DNA of 64,000 bases, taken from positions 310,001 to 374,000 of the forward strand of contig JAAOMT010000070.1 in the NCBI GenBank assembly GCA_016748015.1, given 5' to 3'. The position numbers were made by a program, and so were the translations under genes. The notes beneath the pieces were generated by a model. The model made no database searches, had not been told where the DNA came from, and saw nothing but the letters and a program-made list of their open reading frames with translations. The stretch comes from Geosiphon pyriformis uo1 (taxonomy: Eukaryota > Fungi > Glomeromycota). Numbering within the stretch: the stretch's first letter is position 1; each line of letters opens with the position of its first letter. This document shows positions 25,440 through 40,400 of this stretch, one piece after another.

Positions 25440-28077
25440 ATGTTATGATTAGAAAGAATCTTAAGTCTAAAGTCTGTTTGCCATGTGATTTTCCTAGTGA
25501 GGATTTATATTATTTTTTTTGTATGGTTTAAACTGTTTGAACAAATACAGTTTGAAAAAAAATTAGCTGTATTAGTCATTTTTTTTAATACTTCAAACAT
25601 TCTTAGATATTTATTTAATCACAAATTTTTAGATTTGCAGATTTTGAATTGGACTTCTTTGAATTTTTTGCAGTTCTCTATCAAGTTATGTGTTAGTTTA
25701 GTGAACAATTTTTTGGTTAAAATGGTAAAAATTTTTTTGGACTTTGAGTTGTCTTTAATAAATAATTTGTTTAATGTATTTTATAGTCTTAGTAAATTTT
25801 TAATGTTAGTTGTTTTAGAGCAATCCTTATATCTTAGCTTGATTCATTTTTTGAAGTGATTTCAAGTTGTATTTAATAATAGGCTTTTAAGTAAAAAAGA
25901 CAACATAATAGACTGAAAAATTTTTTGTTAATAAAAAAGATTAGATCTTAAAGACTTTATGTCTTATTGGTTTGAGATTATGCTAAAATTTTTGCACAAT
26001 AAAGGTTTTTTGTTGATTAATATAATTAAGACAAATTAGTTATCTGGCTTAAATATTTTGAAATTAAGAAAGTTTTCTAATGTGTGGAGTTGTTTGCATA
26101 AAACTTGATTTGGTTCTATAAAAGTCTATACAGATAGATTTTTAAAAAATGCTGGTTTTGTTAATATTGTTAATAGAGCTGCTACTTATTTTCCAGCTGT
26201 AGATATGAGTATTAATGTTAAGGTGTATAGACTTTTGTCTTCTACTATGGCTGAATTGCAAGCTGCTGTTTTGTTTTTAGAGTGTGTTTTATCTTTCTGT
26301 GCAGTAATTTTGTAAACAGCCAAGTTGTTATTAATATATATGTATCCAAAACAATATTAGCTGTACTTGATTTTTATAATCAATGCTGAATAAAAAAAAA
26401 ACATATTGCTAATCTGATTAGAAATAAAAATTTTATTGTAAGTTGGATAAAGATTAAAGATCATTTGAGAATTTTTGACAATATAAATACTGATATAATT
26501 ATAAACAAGACTGCTTACTCTCTTTTTTTTTGCTAAGAAAAATGCAAAAACATTTTTTGGTAACTGAAAACACAGTTGTGTTTGGCAACACCTATTATTT
26601 TGTTCAAAATTTATTTAGGTTTATTTGTTACATTTAATAAAAAGCTGGTCTTAATTATAATATGGTTTTGAATATGCTAATCAAGAAAATGAATTGGGTA
26701 GTTATAGCTAAGATTTGGCATTTTTATTTGTATATGCTTTCTGAGTTTACTAATAAAAAGTCTGCCAATCTGTATATGTACTTAATAAAAGCTGTACATA
26801 GATAGCTATTAGTAACAGTTAAGAAAAAATTATATAATAAAAAATACCCTGAAGTATTGTATTTATTATGTGATAAAGTAAATTGTTTGATTATGTTTTT
26901 ACTTGTGTTTAAAATATTAGTGTTTATAAAAAAATTTTGGCTGAGACTTCTGCATAATAGATCACATTGGTAAGTACTTGTAAACAATTTTTTTTTGCTG
27001 TTTTACAAATATTTTTTAGGTGTTTTTTAAATATAAGTCTGTATACAATAGTCTGTAAGAGTTTTATGTTAAAAAATTAATGCACAGAAACTGTTGGAGT
27101 TTTTAATAAAAGAAAAAAAGCTATTTTTACTATTATTGAATATATAAGGCATTTGGTAAAATTGTATTATACTAAGACATAGCTGGTAAGATCTGAATAT
27201 AAGATAAATATGAAAAAAGCTGAATTGGTTAAGAATAGTGATTTAATATTAAGACTGTTTTATAGTATGATGTCTATGTTATTAGATAAAATAATTTAGT
27301 TGCTTAATATTATTGAGTTTTTTGCTGTTAGTTTTGATAGATACAAACTGTGTTCATTTTTTTTTGGTTTGAATAGTAATATATATGTTTATATAAGTGT
27401 ATAGTATTGTCTTATTTGGCTTAAATAACTAGTCACATATACTTTGGATATAAGTTGTATTTAGTTTAAACCACTTAATTTGGTTTTATATACTAGATAG
27501 TAATTGAATTTCATTTAATAAAATGTTAATTAAAAAAAAATATATTTAAAATTTAATTTAAATATATAAATTGTTAATTATTATTTTTTGTTTTTTAATA
27601 ATTATAATTTAATTATTATTTATTATAATATATTTATAATAAATAATTTGTGTTTTTTTATACATAATTATTATTTAAGTTAATTAAGATAATAATACAA
27701 ATTTATATTAATTAAAGTATTTATAAACTTATAAAAACTAGCAAAATATAATAATAAAATAGCTTTAAAATTAAAACTAATTATAATATTATAAACAAAA
27801 CTTATTTTATAAACTTTTAATTACAATATTAATTATAAATAAACCATAAATATTAAGTAATATTATATTATTATTATTAATTAAATCTTTTTTTTATATT
27901 TAATCTTATATTTAAAATTTAATAACTATATATTTAATTTATAATAAATTGTTAAATTGTAAATTTTATTTATAATATTTACATTAATTTTTGAATTATT
28001 TTTAATATAATAATTCTAAAAACAAATTTATAAAAACAAATTTTTTAATAATAATTATGTAAATTTATTTATTAGTT

Positions 28078-31000
28078 TTATTATTATTATTATTATTTTA
28101 TAAGTAAGACTTAAATGCTGTTTAACATAATATATTAAATTAAGTAATCTAAACTAGGCACAAATCATTTTTTATATGTGATCAATTACTTAGGCTAATC
28201 AGAACAACTACAGAAACTACATAATTAGTATTAGAAAAAAAACTACAGAGCTTATAAGAACCAAAACTAATGTTATATGCTTCCACAATCTCAAGCAACT
28301 TAATAATATCATCAGAAAACAAAAACACAAAACTACAAATCTCAAAAGACACAGACTCATTATGTGTAATTAAATCTTTTTTCTTTATCAATACTCTATA
28401 TTTAGCTTTTACCAATTATATATAAACCTGATGAGTCATTTTCAAATCTCATACCAACTTAATAATCTTCTTATTAATAGTCTTAACACAGTCAAAAACA
28501 AAAACAGCTTTCAAATACTATTTTTTTAACACAAAATTTTTGCACAATATAGTATACATAGTATTATTAAAAGCACACAAAAAAAACAACTATAAAATAC
28601 AGAATTATGACAAATTTAAACCTAATACAGAATCTTATTGGGCCAGATATGAATTAAATAATTTCTTGTAAATACCAGAGTTTATTATCATGTAAAAAAA
28701 TAATCAGAAAGCTCAATCTTCTTATATTGTAAACATAATACACTAAGATACTTCCTATTATATAAGTATTTTTAAACAACAACTGGCAAATAATAATGCA
28801 AAGCTTTTATAAAGTATAAGTACAAACCAGTAATAGATTTACTTATAAAGCCAGATATCATATATAAGTTAATATACCAAACCAATAAAATCTAAACCCA
28901 TCTACATTTCTAATTATATTCTTATAAATAACACTAAAATTAAACTCAACTTTCTAATAAGTATAATAAACAGTTCTAAATACATTACAAATAAAATGCC
29001 AAATATTTTTAGATACTATTATTTTACCAGCTCTAATGTATTTTTTCTTAACAAAAACAAAAACCAACAAATTTAAACATAAAGCTAAATCAGCCAGCAT
29101 ATCAACACACTTATTACTCAAGACACCTGAATAGTTTTTAACTTTGGTTCAAAAAACAGCAAACATTTTATATTTAATAAAGTTTACAATACTATGTCTC
29201 TTAAGCCAACAGCAATTATGGAAGTCAAATAAAGCCATACCTAATTCTGTAGTATACACATTCAAAGTAATTTAACTATCTGAATATATTATAATATTAT
29301 TAAAAGCTAAAATACACTTTAAGGCCAAAGCAATTGCCTATAATTTTACCATTGTAGAAAACACTAAACCACCAACTTTAACACTAATACTTAGATTCAG
29401 ATTAACAAAAAATGCAGTTGCATTATATCTTATCTTATACATATTCAAGTTTTTTAAAAATTTATCTGTGTAAACATTAATAATATTCAAATTAGTACTA
29501 AAAAGACATTATTTTATTATGAATAAATTACTGATACCAAAAACATTCAAAAACTGGAATTTACTAATAAAAGACTAAGTAGCAAAGCAAAAAGTATATT
29601 TGATTAAGTAGTTACATGCTAACTTGAACCAAACAGGAACTGGGCCTCTAAAATCAAGTCTCTTTCAATAATGAAAACTTTTTTAATTAAAAACTAATTC
29701 TTTCTTATTATACAATTGTTTAATAAAGCAATACCAAATTTTTTAAGTAAGCAAAACATATTATAAAACATCATATTTCTTAAAATAAAAAACATAGAAG
29801 TGCCATCAGAAAACTAAAATACAAAGAACAAAATATTGGTAAAAGAAACATTATAATTCAAAAAAATTTTACCACACTAATCAGAAAATTGTTAACTGAA
29901 TTGATTTTTAACTTTACAGGATTTTGCAAAAAATAAATAGGAGACCAACTCAAAATTTGCAAATCTAAAGACTTATAATTAAACAAACAACTAAAAACTT
30001 TATCAGTATTTGAAAAACTTAATACAGAAGCCAATTTACTTTTTGTTTGTACTTGTTTAAATAATTTAAAGCCATATAAAAATAGATAATAAAGAGTCTC
30101 ATTGAGAAAATTTTTTAGCAGGCTAGCTTTTATTTTTAAACTTTTTCTAATTAACATAGCTTATTTGTTGTATACACTTCTAAAAACAAAATTAAATTGA
30201 ATCTTGTAATTAACAATAAGTTGAAATACAGCCAAAACCAGATAAAAGAACTGTTTGTTTAAAATAGCTTTTTTCGAAATTATGTTGACAAAAAACCTGA
30301 TATTTAAATGAGTTTTCTTTAAACTAGGTTTGGATAAACTCTCAAAAAACAAAAAGATTTCAAGATATTTATAGAATTTTTTACTTTGTGCTATAGATAT
30401 TGGCAGACCACTTAACAATAATAAAACATTCTTAATTCTTTAATTAATAAAAATAACTATTGTTTTCTTATTGTTAATTGAAATATTATTAATAATAAAA
30501 AACTTACTTATAATATTCAAAATATATAAAATGACAGTCTACCTACTTCCTACCTAAATTGTGTCATTAATGAAAACACTAGCTATTAAATATAAAGTCA
30601 ACTTACTCTGGTTTTTTATTCTGCTAGTTTTGGTTACAAACTTAGTGTTAATATAATAACTGCACAAGCTTTTATGTCTTTTGATTTTATACAAAAGAGA
30701 ATTATAAAAAATTCTTTAGAATAAAAAAGAAAAAATCTTACCCTTATTCAAACTATCATGCACTTAGTATTCATTAGTTAACTTATAATTAATCATAATT
30801 TAATTAATTTTATCATTGTAAATACTACTAAAAAACCTAATAAATTATTTACATATTTTAATTTAAACTAAACTATTTTTTAAAAATGTCAGTTAACAGA
30901 ATTATATGTCTTTTACATATTTTGTAAAATCAGCCAAAATTCACAATTTTTTTTAAACCATCTTTAATTACTGAACCAATTGCAAAAATAAAAGATTGAG

Positions 31001-31335
31001 TAGTAGTGTCTTTCAATACAAAAAAGTTGTCATTATAAAGAATATTAAATCTATTGGAAAAATTTTATTGGAAAAAATCTTGGAAAAAATTTTATGAACA
31101 GTTTCAATTAAGGCAATTTATTTGGTATTGGTTAAAATATCCTTCTACTTATAATGTTTAGAAATTATTGACATTTAAGCTTTCTTTCAAAATTAAAGTA
31201 CAGATTTACATACTAAACAAAAGTTTAAAAAATTAAAAAACATAACAAGAACTGAACTATTACAATATTTTCAAAACTCATTTGTAATATTAGACAAACT
31301 AATAGTCTTTTTATCAAACAAATTTTTGATTACAT
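28078..31335 (-). mobile_element. LINE3, 3' portion (RT-RNase H-CCHC), tail-to-tail with LINE2 and interrupted at 31335 by element D
   Basis: Minus-strand homology to LINE1/2 ORF2 (YKYLEIFL, LFKQVQTKSKLASVLSFSN, VFINDT). Possible (TAA)n tail at 28078-28096. Confidence 0.85.
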
Positions 31336-34300
31336 TGTTATAGTTAAAATTCATACTTTTTATTAATTATTACATGTATTAGCCACTAATGTTATATAAT
31401 TAGCCACTCTATTTTTAGATAGTGATTATTGATTTGATTAATGGCCTGACTGTTAATCTGATCATTGATCATTTTTGATAACTATATAAGCAATGAATCT
31501 CTTAGCTGTAGAAATACATGTTAGAAATCAAAAAAATAAAATAAATAAAATAACAACTTTCATCTCAATTCTTCTCTTATCACTAATTTTCCTTTCCTTA
31601 GCTTTAAGTATCCAAATATCTTGAAATAAAAGATTATTTGTTGGTTATTCCCTATTTTTTTCCTGAAATATGTAATTGTAGCATTTGAAGATTATTGAAT
31701 AAAATATGACTGAAAAGTATATCTAATACCTAATATTGAATTCTAAGAGTGCTGACATAAGACATAGAATTATATCAGTATGTAATTATTTGTTGACAGT
31801 ACAGACTATCCTTTTATCTTCAGATTCTCCAATTATCTTTTGAAAAGTATAGTGACTGAGATATTTTATGAGACTAATCTTACATATTGAATTCATACTT
31901 ATTCAATTCACTCTTTGAAGTTGAATTTCTTTTGATTCCTTTTATTATTCTACAATTCTGTTCTTTTTTGTTATCCATTAGCTTGTTACTCCAACTTGTA
32001 ATATAAAAGTGGTGCTCCTTATAAGATTGTCAAAATTTACTTTGTTTCCTATTATATAAGTAATTATTCATATCTGTCATAACAATTAGAAGAACACTTT
32101 AAAGCACACAACAAAAATAATCTAGACTTTATTAAACTTAACTTTTTGCCCTTCTGCTTGATTTGCTTTTCCATTAAAGAACAATCTAGTAAACAATTTC
32201 AAGACTTTTGAAACTGGTTCCTGAATAAACATTCAGCTGAAACCTACATAGCTTATACAACCTATTACTTTGATCAAGCTTATTTTGAAGACAACTTTGA
32301 AGAAAGAAACAACTGTATTAATCAGCTTTTATATTTCACAATCTTTGAACAACAGTCTCCTAATTCTGAATATCTAAATCACCAAATTCACATTTGGATT
32401 GCTGCCCATTAGCTAACTAAAACACCTTTTAAAACAGAAGAAGAAAGCTATCAAACTGTTCTTGTTTTTGATTTCTTCTCAAGTAAATCAGAACATTCCA
32501 CACAAACAACTACTCTTGAACTAATGGTTAATAACCTTATGCAAAAAAACATTCTGGTCGCCCTTTAAGACATACAAACTGCTTTAGGGCAAAGAAACAA
32601 TATTCCATTATCATTATTTAGAGGAAATATATAAGACCCAATTAAATGGTTGGATGATTTTGAAAGAGCTGCTACAGCCAACCAATATGATAATAAATAC
32701 AAGTTCCAAATCATTGGTAGCTACTTTTAAGACTCTTTTGCTACCTGGTTCTTACAAGAAACCAATGCCAATGCTCAGCAAAAAATTATTAGATAAATAC
32801 CAACAAATGCTAAAGAAGACAACACTTCTTTTATTACTCAGTTTGAAATAAAATTTAAAACTCCTATCTTGATATTCAAATAGTACATGGAATTAGAAAA
32901 AAAAACTCAAGATCCTGGTAAAGTTGTAATTGAGTATGCCAAAACAATCAGAAAGTTAATCAAATGAGTAGACTCTGGAAAAAACTAAACAGAAGAGCAA
33001 AAGATTCATTCCTTTACAAAAGAATCAAGAACTGATTTTTTCTATGCTCTTTGGTCCTTCCTGGTTCTGAAAGATAATTTTACAATGAATATGACTATTG
33101 AACTTGCCCAAAGAATAGAAAACAATCAAAAAATGCATCTAGAATTTACACTTCCAGTTTTTGCTCTTGTTTTTGTTATGGCTTTTGCTTTCCAAATAGC
33201 TTTTACCTTTTTTGTTGCCCAAATTCAAGACCCAAATGAACAGTTGATAGATAGACTTACAGCCAATCTTGCCCAGTTACTGAAATTTTTAGCCCAAGCA
33301 GTTAGAGATAACCAGTATTACAAGTGATTATTTGGGGTCTCAAAGCAAATAACAAACCTGTAACTTAGTGTTTAATAGTTAATATAATAGTAATATTTGA
33401 AGGTTGTAGTAATCTGAAGGGTTTTGTTGAGTTTTTTGTATAATGAACAGAAATTCAATGATTGTTTTTAGTAGCTTTCCAGAATTGCAATTCTGTCAAA
33501 TTTTTTTCTCAGCATAATGGCTAGTAATCCTCTTGATAAGCTATCCTCAATTCTGTAAGTGTTCTATTCTTGTTTTATAGATTTTTTACCAGTCTTTTTG
33601 ACGTTGATAATTCCACACATTGATTTTTAATCAATTAGTAAACAACAAAAACAAATGAAAGAAAATAAAAAAAATAAAAAAAAATGAAGAAATTAAGCCA
33701 AGACAATTAAGTTAGTGTCCCATTAATAGCCATGATTAAAAGCTATTGTTTTAGCATAGTTAAGTATTGGCAGCTATTAACATAAAGTATTAATAATTAA
33801 AGTTTGATGAATATTTCTCAATCAAATAATAACAACATAAATTAGATATAGATAAATATTTTATTAATAATTTGATAATTTTACTTTAGTAAATATGAAC
33901 TATTCTTGAAATAATTAGGGAATAGATAGAAAAAGAAGTTCAAACTAAGAGGTTTGTTTTTCTGCTTCTAATGTTACTGCTATATATACATATTTGATAT
34001 TTCTCAATTTCTTAATTCTTTCTGTTAAGAATCCTGGAATTCTTGGAATTCTGCAATTCCTTGAGAAAAATTCTGGAATTTTGGAATCCTGCAATTCCTC
34101 ATATAAGAATCCTGTAATTCTTTTAAGAGAAATCCTAGAATTTTATATTTTACTATGTCTACTTCTGATTGGCTAATATATATATACTACTATATATTCT
34201 ATAAGTAATACCAGCAATTACAAAAACCCAAATTTAAACTTCATTTTAATCAGCCCCAACAACTCTCTTATTAAAGACAACAAAATTGTGGTCTATTTAT

Positions 34301-37300
34301 ATATTATTGTTGTAGATTAACTAAACATTTCTCCTCTGTCTTTTTCAGTTCCTAGAAATAATAATAATCAGAACAACAAAATCAATAACAACAGTGTTCC
34401 CAATCAAAGACCTAATTATGCCAACATTAATTTTTTTGGAGAAGATCTCTTAGTTGAAGCCATTGTTTATCAGTCTTTAAACTAGTAAGTGCATCTCCAA
34501 AGAGTGAAAGTACAAGCCAACCAGAAGAAAACCCCTTTTACACTTTTAATTTAACTAATAATGACCATAACATAAATGAACTAGCAATTAACACTTCTGA
34601 ATTAACAAGAAAGAAAAAGACCAAAGTTGATTTTGTTCTGAATCCAAATAAAGTATCTACATTAACTGCTAATAACAAAGAGCCACCAAAAACTAAAGTT
34701 TTTAAAAATTCTCCAAAGTTAGAACTTCCAGAAATTGTACAAAAATCTGGTTCTTATTTTGTTGTTAAAGATTTCATGAAAACCCCAGCTCACATTATCT
34801 TTGGCCAATTAATAACTCATTCACAATTCAGAAAAAACCTTTGCAAATCCTTAATCTCAAAAAAGAAGACACCAAAAACCAACAAGTGCCCTCACCAAGC
34901 TGAACTCACTAATAACAACAATATTACTCTCCTTATTTGCAAAGCCCAAGTGACTGGTTATTTTATTGACTTAATCCTAGACAGTAAATTATCTGTTAGT
35001 GTAATTGCCAAATACTTTCTAAAAGCCATTGAAAGAAAGATTAATGAATCTTCCACTTAGCCTATGACCAATGTATATAGTAATAAGAAGAAAGACCTGG
35101 GCATAGCCAAAGCTGTTCTTGTTTGCATCAATAACATTAGCATTAAAACTAACATGAAAGTATCTGAAGTAAAAGAATATACCATAATTGTTGACAATAA
35201 GTGATTCAAGAAAGTTAAAGTACTACTTGACTATGAACTTTGTAAGCTAACCATCAGATGTAATAAGAAGCCCATTGTAGTTAAGTGCCATTATTAGACA
35301 ATCTCTTTAGTACTCAAACAAAACCAAGAAGAAAAACAATCAGATAAATCAGATGATAATGAGAGTGATAAAGAAAAAGATCAAGAAAAACAAAAAAAAA
35401 TTGATGAACTTATCTATATCATCTTTACCAATAATAACAAGCCACTAGATAATATCAAAGCTAATAGAAAAGGAATCATTGTAAATGGCAAGCTGATTTG
35501 TTAGTCTTACTATGATATACTCAGAAGAACCTTTGATAAAAAATCTGGCAAGAAAGCCAAATACAATTATTGGTGGCATGGTTCTTGTGTCAAGTGCTGG
35601 TGTAATAAATCTTTATATTCCCCTAGTAATAAATGCAAGTCCTGCCTAATTTATTACAAAGATTGGGAGCCAATCAGTCTAATACCAAGAAAAAAACTAA
35701 AAGAAGTACAAAAGTTCTTTGAAAATGAACCACCAGAGATCCAATTACTTGCAATAGAACAAAAAAAACTCTTCCCAAAAGAAAAAAAAATAAATATTGA
35801 AAATCTGTTGACTAGAAATAGCCCAGTTATTTCAAAAAAAGTAATATCTCTGAACAAACTCATATGATATAACACATTATCACTACCAAAGAAACTCACT
35901 CCATTCATTTGAAGTCTTATCAATTTAATCAGCATAATAATGAGTTTATTAAGAAAGAGATAACCCAAATAAAAAATCTTGAATTTATACAAGAAACCAA
36001 GAATAAATGGGCTTTTTTAGTTGTAGTGGTATCCAAAAAAGGCAGAATTCTATGCTTCTGTGTTGACTATTGTCAATTAAATACTATTACTATAAGAGAC
36101 ATATATCCACTTTTCAAAATTAATGCAATATTAGACAAATTCAATAGTGCTGCTTTTTTTTCAACCATTGACTTAACTGCTGAATTCTGGCAAGTAGAGA
36201 TAGATCTAGAAAGCAGAAAAAAAACTGCTTTTATTACCAAGTATGGCATCTATAAATTTACAGTCATGTTTTTTGGTCTCACTAATGCTTCTTCTACCTT
36301 TTAACATCTAATAGACAAAGTGTTTAAATCAGTAAAAGAAAACTTTGTTCTGGTCTATTTGAATGACATAATAGTATACTCAAAAACCTGAAATAAACAT
36401 TTAGAACACTTGTAAAAGATTTTTGATCTCCTTAGAAATGCTGGCCTTAAGATAAATCCAATTAAATTTTTCTTTGGATGACAATCTACTCAGTTTTTTG
36501 GTTATTTTATTACAAAAGATAGAATTTTCTCTGACTTAACTAAAATTAAAAAAGTTCAAAACATTAGACAACCAATAAATGTTTCTGAACTATGCTTTTT
36601 CCTTGGTTTAGCTTTCTACTATTGCAAATTTATCAAGAATTTCTTCAAAATTATCTTTCTTCTTAATTATCTATTCAGAAAAAATGTCAATTATTACTGG
36701 AGCACTTATCAACAAAAAGCTTTTGAAACACTAAAAGAAAAACTTGTTATTGAACTAATCCTTAAACAACTTGATTTAAACCAATTTTTTATTTTTTATA
36801 CTAATACATCTGGCTATAGATTTGGTGCTGTTTTTTTACAAAAAAATGAAGATGATAGAAAACATGCTATAATATATATCAGTAGATTTCTTACACCAGC
36901 AGAAAAAAATTATTCAATTATTAAACAAGAATACTTAACAGTAATTTGGGCTACTAATTACTGGAATCAATATCTTTTTGGTGTGAAATTTCTGGTAATA
37001 ACAGACCATTAAGTTTTGGTTTGGCTGTATAACAAAAAAAAACTGAAACATAAATAGATAACTTACTAAATACTTCATTTGGATAAATTTGACTATAATA
37101 TTCAACATAACAAAGAAGCTAATTATTAAAATGCTGACATTTTCTCCAGACTTACTATCTAGTAATAGTACAATTTCTCAACCAATTCAATTTAATTATT
37201 AGTAAATTTTTCATAAACAAACACAATAAATAGACTTGGACAACTACTTTACATTATTGAAATTTTTGGATAAAGGACAATACCCACCAGAATATACTTG

Positions 37301-37443
37301 ACAGCAAAAAAAACATTTGTGCAAACAATCAAATTTCTATTTAATTTACCAGAACCAATTATATAAAAAAAATAGAAAAGATTCTGACCATTTCCAAAGA
37401 GTTATAAGATTTGAAGAAAAAAAAATTGTAATCTACAACATGC
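31336..37443 (+). mobile_element. Ty3/gypsy element D (distinct family, no dUTPase), interrupted in its integrase by element C
   Basis: Putative 5' LTR 31336-32084 (TGTTATAG...TCATAACA). Gag capsid (DPIKWLDDFERAATAN), protease (LILDSKLSVSVI), RT (FCVDYCQLN, IDLTAEFWQV, YLND), RH ending NADIFSRLTI* at 37162, integrase N-terminus from 37230. Confidence 0.85.
33316..34210 (-). repeat. Solo LTR related to families C/A, inserted antisense in the gag of D
   Basis: Its ends are the reverse complement of the C LTR ends (cccaaataatcacttgtaaca; gttacttatagaatat). Both termini mutated to TA. Perfect 4-bp TSD CCAG. Confidence 0.9.
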
Positions 37444-40400
37444 CGTTACTTATAGAATATAGGAAGTATATTAGCATATAAATTAGCCAATCAGAAGTAG
37501 CCATAGTAAATATAGAATTCCAGGATTCCTTTCAAAAGGAATTGCAGAATTCCAGAAATTTCAAGATTCTTATGCAAAAAATTCCAGGATTTCTTTTAGA
37601 GGAATTGCAGAATTCCAGAAATTTCAGGATTCCTGGTGTAAAAAATTGAGGAATTGAGAAATCTCAATTATGTATATATAGCAGTAGAATTAGAAATAAA
37701 AAAAATAGATCTCTCAGTTTAGATTTAATCTAAGCAACTTTTCACATCAAAAATATCAATAAATAATTATTCAATATCTCAAATCCACTTTCCACTATTA
37801 ACACTTCATGTTGATAACAATTGATACTTAATCACACTGGAACAATAGCTCTTGATCAGGGCTATTGACAGAATACTAACATTCATTGTTTTGGCTTATT
37901 TTTTTTATTTTTGTTATTTCTTTTGTTTTACTAATTGATTGAAGATCAAGCACTAAGTTATTGATGTCAAAAATAGCCTAGTAAAAAACCCCAAAGAAAG
38001 AGTATAGGAATTGAGAATTTAAGAATAGCTTACCAGAAGGACATCTCTGCCAGATTACTGGCCATTATGCTAAGAAAAAAATTCGACAAAATTGTGATTC
38101 CAGAAGGCTACTGGGAAGATAATAATTGAATCTCTGTCTATTATACAAAGAACTCTACAACAAAATCTTCAGATCAATAAGACCTTCAGAAGCTGATATT
38201 ATTAAATCAATTGAGCACCAAGTTATGAGTTTGTTATTTGCTTTAAGATCCCAAATAATCACTTGTAACATTTGGTGCTCTCTGTGAAGTATAATCTTAC
38301 AGAGAACTAGCACCAACAACAATTATCCAAAAGTGACAGAATCAGAAATTATAGGAGCAAACCATTTAGAATTCGCCAAATTCTTGTTTTAATAGTACAG
38401 TCAACAATTAGGATTAAACAATAACCATTTTCTAACAGAATTAGTCTTTAATTTTTACATTAATGATAAAATCACAGACTGCTTAGGAGAAACAGTTAAC
38501 ATTAAATCCACAAGAAAAAATTTCTATACAGAATTATTTCAACATATTAGCTTACCAAAAAACTACAGTTTTGTACCAATCATCAAGGAAATAAATTAAA
38601 CTATTGAAAAGTACACCCAACAACAATTTTTCATCACCTATGTAGACAAAAGCAAAGGAAGATTGCAAACACCAGTAATAACATCCAAAAAGATACAACC
38701 ACTCACTTAAAAGAAAAACTGAGTTGAATTACCAACCAATTTATCATACCATTATATACTAAGAAGTGCCATCAATATCTCTTTAACAGACATGTCTACA
38801 TCAAACATGACATTAACCTTTGGATAATTCCCATTTCAGAGTAAACAAAGAAAAACAGAGTTATTAGGACCATATGGCAAATATTTTGAAGGATTTAAAT
38901 TGTGATTACCAATACCATCAGAATTTTGATTACCATTACCTTAACCAGACTTTGGAACTGCAAGTTTGTGGAAAGTAATGGAATCAGAAGAAAAAAAAAA
39001 TGAGAATCAGGAATTTACTTACTAAAACCCAATCCTAGAAAATCCAGAAATTGAAACTCTAAATTTTCAAACTCCTTAAAATCTGAACAATACGAACTCT
39101 GAAACAAGTAATCAGCAAAACTTACTTCCAGTAATCATCATTAATTAACCACCAATTGAACTAATTATTGAACTGATTCAACAGCAGCCACTTCAACAAC
39201 CTATTCAACAATTACTTTACCCACCTCAACAACCACAACAGCTACTTCAACAGCCATAGCAACAACTTTAACAACCACCACAACAACAACAACAACAACA
39301 ACAAGTTATAGCACCAATGGCATATGCTCCTATTACTAAACTGGAAAAATTTACTGACAAAGAAGATAATGCCCAAGTCTGACTCAATAACATTGCCAAA
39401 GCAATTATTGCTAACAATTGGAATGATACCAGAGCACTACAAATCATCTTATACTTTTTGCAAGATATCACCAATTCATGATATCAAAGCTTAATCAATA
39501 AACTTATCATCTTCAATGTGTTTAAAACAAAGTTTTTAGCAACATTAATAGCATTAACTGATTGGCCAACACTTTCACCACCATTAAGTAAGGAGAAACT
39601 GAAGCAGTCACTACTTACTTAGGATGCTTTTACAGAAATTTGCACCAAATTCAGGTCATACAAGCTGATTATTTTACAGCACCACAAATCCTAAATCAAT
39701 TTATTAGGGGTCTGTACAATAGCATCCTCCAACACATATGTCTATTGCATCCAGCAGACCTTCAAGTTGTCATTACAAATGTCAAAGATTTTGAAGCAGC
39801 TGAACTCAAAGCCAATTACGCTGTTACCAGTAGAATTTTAGCTATTAATTAGCATGAAATTACTCTTATAATTTCTATAATTCATTAGTATATTAATATC
39901 ATTTCAAATTATCATTTATTATTTAATCAATTATCACATATCACAATTTAATTAAAATAATCTAATTAATATAACAGAAAGTAGGATGATCAAATTACAC
40001 AATACCTTGAACTTTGTAACATTCAAAAATTTGCTGAAATTTACAGAAATTTGCCGAAATTTATAAGAAATTTGCCGAAATTATGAATAGTTCACCCAAA
40101 TTAATCAATAGTTCAGCAAAATAACTTGTAGTTCATCAAAATGTATTTTTAGTTTGCCAAAATTTGAGCAAAGAGAAAAAGTGCAAGTTCATAGACTAGT
40201 ACTACAACAAGTTGTATAAAAAAAGAGCTTTTTTCTTCTGGAAAATGTATCTTACTTTAGATTTATCTCTTAAAACCGTTCCTATATACACAAAGAGAAA
40301 TAAATATCAAATAATTCGAAAAAACCAAATTCTTTAATTATTGTACTTAGAAAAACCCCAAAAACCCAACTAACATTTCGAAATTGATTAGCTACCAATT

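Larger units (their letters stand above)
19010..27540 (+). mobile_element. LINE2, apparently full length (ORF1 ~19107-20899, ORF2 20896-27404), interrupted by two solo LTRs
   Basis: ORF2 is colinear with LINE1 ORF2 (LGENFNK, TWSN, YIF, FVNNT, YTDRFL, STMAELQA, WIKIKDH). Shared 3' UTR and A tail at 27532-27540. The 5' boundary is approximate. Confidence 0.88.

Noticed and set aside
39268-39474. Minus-strand ORF ending in poly-Cys, and other antisense ORFs over the elements
   Set aside because: Shadows of CAA (poly-Gln) repeats and of the strand-biased composition of gag/pol; not conserved as proteins between copies.
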